The notes under the pieces were generated by a model. It was not told the origin of the DNA. It was given only the letters and a program-made list of their open reading frames with translations, and did not search any database. Position numbers and translations under genes: made by a program. This document shows, piece by piece, positions 54,801-64,000 of a DNA stretch of 64,000 nucleotides (its first letter is position 1; each line of letters begins with the position of its first letter). Origin of the DNA: Podarcis cretensis (lineage: Eukaryota); the NCBI GenBank assembly GCA_951804945.1, contig OX638149.1:86490001-86554000 (forward strand). The letters are read 5' to 3'.

Positions 54801-57800
54801 TGGTATCACTGTTCTCCTTTGCTATGGTACACCAAGTCAAACCAGCACCACAATGAAAATCTTTTTTCTTTTTGTCAAATGCTACTGGCACCACTGAAGA
54901 GATCTTTGTGCAGAAATGATAACTGCATTTCCAAAGATCCCTGAAGAACCTTTAAAAAAAAAAGAAAGAAGTCTGATGGGGTTGTTGCTTCTGTTGCTGA
55001 TTTCACTGGAAGATTTGAATGGTCATTGCCTTCAATTTTATACTCCCTACTTCTCAGGGGGATGCCAAATAGTCCGGCTTTGGAGCTAGATTTCTCCATT
55101 TCCCTGTGGAATGAGCTTCACATGGGACAATTTCAGCTTTTGCTATGCATCGCTAAATGATATCAGCAGAATGGAGAAGCCCCGGATTACATTTTTCTCT
55201 TTAGCAACCAAAATACTGAGGAAACTTACAGAAATGTACAACCTACTGAAACACTAAATAACATCTTATCCTTTTATTTGGAAGGAATTTTAGTCCACAT
55301 CACATTTAACTAGAAGGCCTTGCAATATGTGCTTTGGCTCACTAAGTTGAAGCATCTGGATAATTTTACACCGTCTACATAAGACGCTTCAGTCACCCTA
55401 GCACTAAGCTTGTGGCACACTATGGTCTGGATTATGCAAGAAGTGGTGGGGGAGCATTCCTGCCTTAAGGCAGGAAGGTGAACTGCAAGATGCTCTGGTA
55501 CCTGTTAACCATAAGATCCTGTCTCAAACAAGTGATCCATAATAATTATTTTGCAGAGGCTGAGAGCTGCAACTACCCTTAAATTAGAAAGCAGAAAAAT
55601 TCTTAGTTGAGGTGAAAGTTGCATCTGTCAGACCAGTCTCTGAACATTACCCCATAACAACATGAGTTCAAAGGCACAACAGACATGGAATGTGACATTT
55701 TCCAGGGGACTTCTCTAGATCCAGTATATTCAAAGGGATCTCTCTTTTTAAAAACCAACTCTGCAAAATCTCACTTTGGTACTTTGCCCATTTAGCTCTG
55801 TTAGCAAATTGCAGCTTTTACTGCTGTGTGCACTGTGATCTACTATGACCTACAAGAAACAAGTTCCATGTATATGTGACACATGTACAAAATCAAGGAT
55901 GGCGCTGTGTGAATGCATCATCTCCAATCTACCTCTTCAGTTACATAACAATGGAGAAAATTATGAATGGCACAAAGGTGTTCTCAAGAAGCAGGTCAAC
56001 AGAACTCTGATGTTACCCCTTTGGCCCCTTGGACAAGTCTAGCTTATTTTTAATAATCACTGAACTTCATTGCAACAACTTCTAAAAGGCTTTGTTAGAA
56101 TGTTCTAAACTATTTGTATATTGTTCAACACTATACTTGCAGTCAGCAGTTTTATACAATCTGTGCCCAGTGCAAGTCTGCACATCCTCATTTTTTACAT
56201 AGCGGGGGCACTTCTGGGCCTAGGATCCCCAGTTTGGGTTGGGGAGTGCAATGGCCCTGAACAATTCCATCAATAAACAAGTATATTCAAAATACTGAAT
56301 AAGGATTAAGCAGTGCTAAATCCAAGTCGACCAGCTTAACTTGTTTGCAATCTGGTTGTCAGTCCGTTTAACACATGTATCATCTCATACCTGCCAGGGA
56401 AAGATAATAACATTAGATCTCACTATCAAGATCACCCATTTTATCATGAAATAATTTGGCTCTTAAGTTCTCATGCACAGCAAATGCCTCCCTAATTAAA
56501 AGCAAACACAACACACCTTCCGCTTTACCTATTACTGTTGGAGACAAGCTGTGCAATTGTCAGGTCTCCACAGTGCGTTGTGAACAACCTACATCTCTGT
56601 GTGTATGAGTGTGTGTATGTTGGGGATTGTGGATGTTTCTGTGCAAAGCAGCGTAGTAATGGGAGCATGCTCACGCTTGCAGACTGGTAATGCACTGGGT
56701 GTGACTGTTGATTCAATGAGGCTTGTCTGCTAGGCTCTTTTAATGGCACAGCTGGTATTTTTGTGAGGCAGCTGCTTGCAAAAGCCAAATGAGCTCATCA
56801 GGAGTCACCCAAAGACTCTGTGTGAAGAACGGATCCCCAGAGCGGTCTCACAGTGGAGGCCCATTCCCATCTGCAGAGGAAGAACACTAGGAATAAAGGA
56901 AGGGAAGCATCCAATTCATAACTGCGCAGCTGGGCAAGAAAGGCAAATTGTATGATCAATACAATACTAAGAGACTAAGGATCTGCCCCACCTTCCACAT
57001 CCTACACTTGAGGGCAGGATTACAACAGTCACACCAGGGATTACCTCCAACCTCAGAGATTGTCTTTATTATCCATCATATTATTATTGCCCATTAATCA
57101 TCTCTTCCTCCTTGCACTGTTCTGGCTCATCTCTGAGCTAAACATATACTATATGCTTGTGTGTTGCAACAGAGAGAGAGAGAGAGAGAGAATATCACAG
57201 GTTTCAGGATCTCTCTTTTCAGATGTATGTTCATTTCTAGAGCTTACGACGGCAACTGATTTTCCACTGTACACGGCATGGATGAAAGTCCAGATAGCTC
57301 AGTGCCCTTTACTGTAACTTCCAGCACTGCCCACAATCACTCTTCAGCAGACACCTTTCACTTCTTGCCTGTTACTTCTTTGTGACTTTGCAAAGAACCA
57401 AGGAATTAAAATAAAATGAAGGCTCGTGTTTTGCATTCCCCCCCACCCGTGACCTGTTCTTGTTAGTCTTGTAATGTTTTATTATTTATGTTTGTATGCA
57501 GAAATTATAATAATTGCTTTGTGAAGGTTTTTCACCGATTCTGTAACAGATAATTAATAAAAATCTAAAACAAAATAATGGTCAATAATAGGATGGCCCA
57601 CTATTTCTCAGTTGACCACGGCATAAGCAACAGCGCACAGCTGAGGCCGTGCTGTACCAAATGAGAGTTGTGGGGGAAGAGGCCCCCCCAAGTATCAAAT
57701 CACATTATCGCATAAGAAGTTCTGAAACACAGCACTGCCTAGGGTGGTTTCATAGAGCTCATTATTCCATTCTGAGTCCTCGGTACCCACGAGTGAGGGA

Positions 57801-58391
57801 GAGAAGGGAATGGGGTGAGGAGGGGATAAGGAGCTGAATAGAAAAGTATGATGGAGCAGAGAGTTTGAAATTAAAGGGCAGCAGAGGCCAAAATGTCATT
57901 CCTGCAGCTGTAGCAGCCGCCGCCACCAGCCTGTCTGGAATTCCAGTGCCAGCTCCCCTACACATGCACAAGCACACACACATACACACTCCTACTAGCT
58001 AGCTGCATCGGGAGTTATTGTTTTTGCCAAGTTAACATTTCGGAATCCAGTTCATTCTTGGAGATTCGGTGCTCGTACTGTGTTTGCCTATGCAAATCAC
58101 ACTGTGGAAGAGGAAAAGGGTTTATAAACCATATAATGGAAGGGGTTCCGTACTGCATTTGTACACAAAAGCCAATTGCATTGAACTGAGAGCTGAATCT
58201 ACATCCTGGGAAGGAGAAAGAAGATCTGTGTCTCTTGAGAAGTCCAGGGACTTTCATGGGCTGCTCACTGAGAGAGAAAAAATACATTTAACTAGGAGAT
58301 TCTATGTTGTCAAACACACCTTTGTTAACCTAGGCGTTCTCCTTTGTACGCAAGAAGGACCTTGCAAGGAAATGCAACACAGCTATTAATG

Positions 58392-59170
58392 TAAGAGCAC
58401 AAGGGCCTGCTAGATCAGGGCAAAGGCGAATCTGGTTCAGCATCACAGTGGCCAACCAGATGCCTAGGGGAAGCCTGAAAGCACAACCTGAGCACAACCG
58501 CATCCTCATGAATTCAAGCAACTGGAATTCAGGGGCATGCTGCCTCCAACAGAGGACAATGTGGCTAGTAGCCACTGGTAGCCTTATCCTTCATGAATTT
58601 CTCTCTCTCCTAAAGCCATCCAAGTTGGTAGCCATCATTGCATCCTGTGAGAACGAATTCATCTATGAGTGTGGGAAGAAGTACTTTTGGGGGTCTGTCC
58701 CGAATCTTCCAACATACGGCTTCACTGGATGTCCAAGATTCGCAGTATTATGAGAGAGCAAGAAGAGCTTCCTCTGGCCACGCTCTCCACAAGATGCGTA
58801 ATTTTACCTGCTTTTTCTCAAAACTGAAAAGCTCCTTATGTTGTAGCCTTTCCTCATGGGGGAGTTACTCTGTTTCCTTTATCATTTTGGTTGCCCCTTT
58901 TGGAATGCTTTTCCAGCTCTACAATATCCTTTCCGAGGTGAGGCAAATACACAGTATTCCAAAGGCAGACCCACCATAGATTTGTATAATGGCATTAGGA
59001 TGTTGGAAGTTTTATTTTCAGTTCCTTTCCTAATGATCCCCACCATGGGATTTATACTTTCCACAACTGCCACACATGGGATCGGCATCTTCACTGAGCA
59101 GTCCACTATCTGCCTAAGTTCTCATTCCTGATCAGTCAACTCCAGTTCAGATCCCATGAGCGTATATGTA
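58392..59170 (-). mobile_element. CR1 LINE 3' fragment
   Basis: Minus ORF GIIRKGTENKTSNILMPLYKSMVGLPLEYCV matches CR1 ORF2; 3' UTR motifs as at 4050 and 9140. Confidence 0.85.
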
Positions 59171-59171
59171 A

Positions 59172-59206
<35 letters not shown>
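59172..59206. repeat. (AAT)n microsatellite
   Basis: Visible trinucleotide run. Confidence 0.95.
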
Positions 59207-59207
<1 letters not shown>

Positions 59208-59270
59208 TATTACCCCCTTGTGCATCCTTCCGCACTTGTTTACAGTGAATTCCACTGGCCATTCCACCAA

Positions 59271-59483
59271 GGGTTCATCCACACTTCCGTTTGCCCCATA
59301 CTTTCTAGGCATGGGTCCAAACAGCCTTTCATTTATCCCATTGCTTTCCCCAGAAAAACCCACTACTATCACAAACATCAATCTGCCGACATCAATCGAT
59401 AGGCATTTGCTCCGATTCAGTGGTAAACAGCAGGTTTTCCCAGGGGAAAGCAGCGGGACAAGCGGAAAAGTGTGGACAACCCC
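59271..59483. mobile_element. MITE, possibly PIF/Harbinger-like
   Basis: TIR-like gggttcatccacactt / aagtgtggacaaccc, flanked by caa / taa. Confidence 0.5.
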
Positions 59484-61908
59484 TAATTTAGGAGACATCC
59501 CTTTGGAGCTCTTCACAGTAACTTTTTACTTTAACCATCGTCAACTATTTGGAATAAGCAACATCTCTTATTGTTTATTGGCTGCTATATGTATTAATAG
59601 CATATCACTTGCTCTTCAACTGGTGGGTCGGGACCCACTAGTGCGTTGCTACCTGAACCTAGGTGGGTTGTAACAGGAACACGACCACTATGCAAATATA
59701 TGGTAAAAGATCAAGAAATAGGTCCCCAAATGAAAATTTGGGTTAAAAGTGGGTCCTGGGTCTGAAAAGGTTGAATATAAATAGATTATATTCTAGTCAT
59801 TTGGGAAGGAATCCCATAGCAAGATGAGGTGGTGAGGATCCAGTGGATATCCGGCTGTGCAAGGAAGTTCCGAACACAGCCAGGCTACACCAGCTTAACT
59901 TCTTCATCCTCAGCTATATTTCCCCCATCTCATCTCAGCCAGGGCCCAGTGGAGTTTAATCTGGCATATGCTCTGAAAAAGGGGTGCTCTGGGGGCAGGA
60001 CATGGGCAGAACCATAAAGGGGAAAAGTTAGGCTGGATCCTAAGCCTGTTCAGATCGGTCACATGACCTGGTAATGTGATGCACCTGGTAAAGCTAAAAA
60101 GGGTGCTGTAATTCAAGCACTATTTTAAAGGCTCGTTTCGCCTCTGCCAGCCTTAGGCCACCTCATTCAGCAGTAGCCCCACTGCTGAACCGTTTCAATC
60201 TGATGTAACTGTACTCTGTCTTCACTTACACCAGCATGCTTTTTAGCGGCTTCTTGTGTATTGGATTGCTCTCTTATGGGTATGTGACTTGGTTAGTTCA
60301 CTCGGTATCTGAATATTATGTTTTCTATTCACATCCGAACCCAATACCCTTGCTGCTGCACCATGTTACATCAAAATAGCCTATTGCCATTTACCACCAT
60401 CGCAAATGTAGCCATTGTGAAACAAAGGCAAATTATGGTTTATCTGTCAACATGGCCAAGCACATAATGACATTCTCTGTCATTACCCTTCTCAGGCTGG
60501 GTTATCAGGGACAAGTTCTGCCCTGTTTCAACAAGAAAACCCAATGATGTGGGCAGAAGTTCTTTAACATTATTGTGAACAACCAAGGCAACCACATCTC
60601 TCCAGGAATGTGCAAAAGGAGCCTGGGATACTTTGAATTTTCAGTGCTTGACATAAACCTGACTGAAGCTGTACCGTGTGGCAGAATGCCTCTGTGGCTG
60701 TGTGACAGTTTGCACAGTCATGTCAACACCACAAGCTGGGAAAGGCCTTCCCTGCTGGAGACACATCCACTAAACATGAATTCACTGGCTCCTTATCTGT
60801 TAAAACAGCATATCTGTGAAAAGGCAAGTGTAAAGTAGGCCTGGGCCACAGGTTGCAATAATACCGGTGAAACAAGAATTCTGGGTTGCCTCTTTCTCTT
60901 TGGATAATAATAACCAATTCCTATGACTAAACATACTGGATGGAAGCTTGAAGTTAAGAGCCAAGCTATAAATGTCCAAGAATGCCCTGCCAGTTGAGAA
61001 TTCACATTATGTTAGCTTTAGGCACACAGGAAGGTGCTTTAAATGGGAGAGCATTTAAACAAATTATCCCCTTATCTGCGGCCTGAAATGACATGGCCCA
61101 AATAATGATGTTACCATGTGATATTTCAGAATGCATAGTTTTCCTTTGAGCCTTTGAAGTAGGACTTAATTCCACATGCATGTGTTTACATTCATTGCAT
61201 TACTTCCCTCCAAGTTTTAGCATTCTCAGTGCATTTATGCAGCTCAAAACCCTCCAAGGTTGAAATTCACACATTGAGGTCGTACATGATGTTAGTGGGT
61301 TGGTTGACAATCAACACATTTTAAAACAACTGCACATAAAAGCAGGACCTCTCATTCCTGTAGACCACAAGTGGTTAAAAAAAACCATGGCGGGTTTTCT
61401 GGCTACTTTCTCACATTTTGAAATAAAGTTTTGTTGCAACCCTGAGATAACCGATTGAGATAATATTTTAAACTATTTTTAGAATTTTTTTATCATTGCT
61501 GCCTCAGCCAAACATGGTTGCTTCAGGAGGAAGGGCAGGGTATAAAAGGAGCAAAAACGATAATGATAACAAGGGCAAAGCAGGAAGAGAAGCCCACAGG
61601 AACAGAACCTAAAGGAAAAATCTGCATACTACTACCCACAAGGGCACAATCAGGCACCATATTGAGGGGTGTCCCAAATTATTTCAATGAAACGCTGTAA
61701 AAAAAAACAACCACAGTATTTGAGATGTCAGTCTCAGAGAATAAAGGCAAAAAAGGACTTCTCTTATTAGACTAATGATATGTGTAAGGAAGAACTCAAA
61801 AACCACACAGACCTCTATTGGTTCAGTGATAGATATTGCTTTCCCTATGTATAGGTCCTCAAAAATCTCCCAAAACTGAGAGGTCGTCTCCCCACTTTTA
61901 CTATGCAA

Positions 61909-62034
61909 CAGGGGTTGGGAACCTGAAGCCCTCCATATCCTGTTGGACTCCAGCTCCGATCATCCCTCATGCTGGTGACAACTGGTGGGAGTTGTGGCCC
62001 TATATATGCTGCTGGGCTACAGGTTCCCCACCTG
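61909..62034. mobile_element. Palindromic MITE (ggactacaactccc family)
   Basis: caggggttgggaacctgaagccc ... gggctacaggttccccacctg. Confidence 0.65.
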
Positions 62035-62849
62035 CTACTACACAATCATGTTTTAAAATTTCTGAAAAGCCAGATTTAAATAATTTACAATGGGAGTTGC
62101 CCAACCTAAGCAGGCAGACACACACCCCACAGAGGGAGGAGGGGCAGGAGGGAAGCAAGGCAGGAGTCAGGTGAGGGGTGAGACTACAGGCCAGTGTGTT
62201 TTAGGGAAACGATTATATGCACATGTCTGCACTGATCTCCTGACATAACAACATTCCTGAACAGCAGGAGATGGAGAGCTACAGTTTTCGCTCTAATAGC
62301 CCCCTGGAGTCACTGGCCAGCCTCGAATTCCCTCCTATTCCAAAGCCATTCACATTATCTTCAGGTTCACACACGGCCATCAGGTTTCCCCTGGAGGGGG
62401 GGCACGAACAGTTTAAGCCTCAAACCCAATTATTTCCCATTTGCGGTTAAAAACTCACCACTCCCGGTGGCTGAGGGCACATACACACCATTAGGCCACA
62501 TTATTTCTGGCGAATTGCTCCAAAATTCCTCAGATACTCCAGTCCCGCCTTTCCAGTCCACTATTCCACCCATGAGAATTCGCTTGGAGGGGTCGGAAAA
62601 TTCACCTCAGTTGTGCAACCGAAGAGTAACTAAAAGCGATTTCAACGGCAACCTTTCCCTATCTACTTTCCTGGAAGTAAACCGTCGGAGCTCAACGGGT
62701 CTTACTTCTGAGCCAGGCACGTATGGGATGGAAAACTATAGTGCCTCAAGGGACCTTAAGGAAAGGGGGAAAGCAAACATCCGCGATTTCCTTCTGTGGT
62801 ACTTTAGGGAGGAGGATGCATACGGACTTGCCTAATTCAAAAGGCGCAT

Positions 62850-63950
62850 CAAGAAAGGCGCAACTGCGCCCGCGCGCGCGTTTCCCGGGCTCAGCAGGAT
62901 CCCAAGAGCCGTCTACAGAATTCCCGGGTGTGGGTGAGAGAGAAAGAACTCTTATTTACAGACGGCCGTGCGAGAGCAGCAAAAGTAGGTCCACGCCTCC
63001 CTTAACAACTCGGGAAGCGCGCGATTATATGTAGCAGCACAAACCCATTTCCGCGTGGGCGGGCAAAGCTTTTTAGAGGATAAGCGATTCCGAATAATCC
63101 CTGGGGAGGTGGGAACCCCGACGGCAGGGAGGCACCTGCGCCCGGATGAGCACACCCGTCCGGGGACGGGGCCGTGTCCAGGGAAACGGCGAGCGCGAGA
63201 CAAGGGACTGAAGGAGAGTCGCCAAATCCCAGTCCGGAGAATGCACACGATCCTTAATCCCGTCTCCGGTGCAAAAGAGAGACTCGAGAACCCCCGTCCC
63301 ATAGGGGTTTGGATCCAGAGCCACTTAATGCAGACAGCGATTTCCGCCCCCCCCCCCCAAGAAAAAAAAAATCCTCCAAGAGTCTAGTCACCCGATATTT
63401 TTTTAAAAACACAAAAAAACTGACCCGGGTTCAGTAAAGCCGTGCAAGCCGCTCCGGCGCTCAGCAGTTCGAGATCCACGCGACGAAAGACTCCGCTGAG
63501 ATTAGAGCTGGCCAGGCAGGAAGCTCCCCGCCGAAGGAGGCTTTTAGGGAAAGAAGGGGGAAAGAAAGAGCGGGCGGGTCACCAACGCTCCGGGTAGGTG
63601 GAGACTCCGGAGCCGCAAGGAGGGGCCGCGGTCGGAGGAAGCGAAGCGGCTCTTCCCTCTTCCTAGTAATTATTAACCCAGAGCTACCTGGGCCGCCGCC
63701 GCCGCCACGCGCAGTTTCTCCTCTCCCGGGGAGGGCGCGCCACTAGGCCGGGCGGAGCAAGTCGGAGTTGCTGAGCTATAGCTCGGGGCAATGGCACCGC
63801 CCCGAAACTCCCGCCTGCCTTGCCCTTGCCCTCCCCGTGCCAGATTTAGGACAAGGTGGTGGAGGGGGGAGACGCTCCCCTGGCCTGACCCTGTCGGTAT
63901 CGGACTCGGAGGCACCTGCTAACGATCGCCTCCATATGGAACGCCACACC
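62850..63950. promoter_or_regulatory. CpG island, probable PLEKHG3 promoter region
   Basis: Sharp rise in GC and CpG density, GC boxes (gggcgg, ccgccc) and a (GCC)n run, located 5' of the minus-strand gene. Confidence 0.85.
63688..63800 (-). other. PLEKHG3: Candidate non-coding exon 1 of PLEKHG3
   Basis: Minus strand ggcggcggcggcggcccag|gtagct donor at 63688 inside the CpG island; the start is approximate. Confidence 0.55.
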
Positions 63951-64000
63951 AAAAAAGGGGGACAAAGGTGATGTTTTTATATTGGGCCAAGCTTCCGTTA

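Noticed and set aside
59136-59673. 126-aa and 151-aa ORFs including a poly-Ile run
   Set aside because: Built from an (AAT)n microsatellite, a MITE and the edge of a CR1.
62467-63971. Several 60-120 aa ORFs at the right end
   Set aside because: A composition effect of the CpG island; no recognisable protein.

Overview
Vertebrate genomic DNA, most likely a squamate reptile (inferred from the repeat content: Sauria/Squam-type SINEs, palindromic hAT MITEs, Penelope-type inverted repeat, CR1/L2). Two genes converge. On the + strand are the last four coding exons of erythrocytic beta-spectrin SPTB (PH-domain isoform, stop at 12127-12129) and a ~4.5 kb 3'UTR. On the - strand is an essentially complete PLEKHG3 (DH-PH RhoGEF): a CpG-island first exon near 63.7 kb and 18 coding exons from 42921 to 18719 that I could join in frame (4089 nt, 1362 aa). 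The rest is intron with many transposon remnants. Most notable: (1) an 8-nt PLEKHG3 microexon needed to keep the frame, apparently shrunk from a 20-nt exon by a CAG>CAA acceptor change; (2) a candidate internal first exon with two donors 13 nt apart giving two different N-termini; (3) a TSD-flanked Penelope-type hairpin carrying a minimal hammerhead ribozyme; (4) a candidate 30-nt + 7-nt micro-exon pair in SPTB. All exon calls were made by eye and homologies are from memory, not from a database search.
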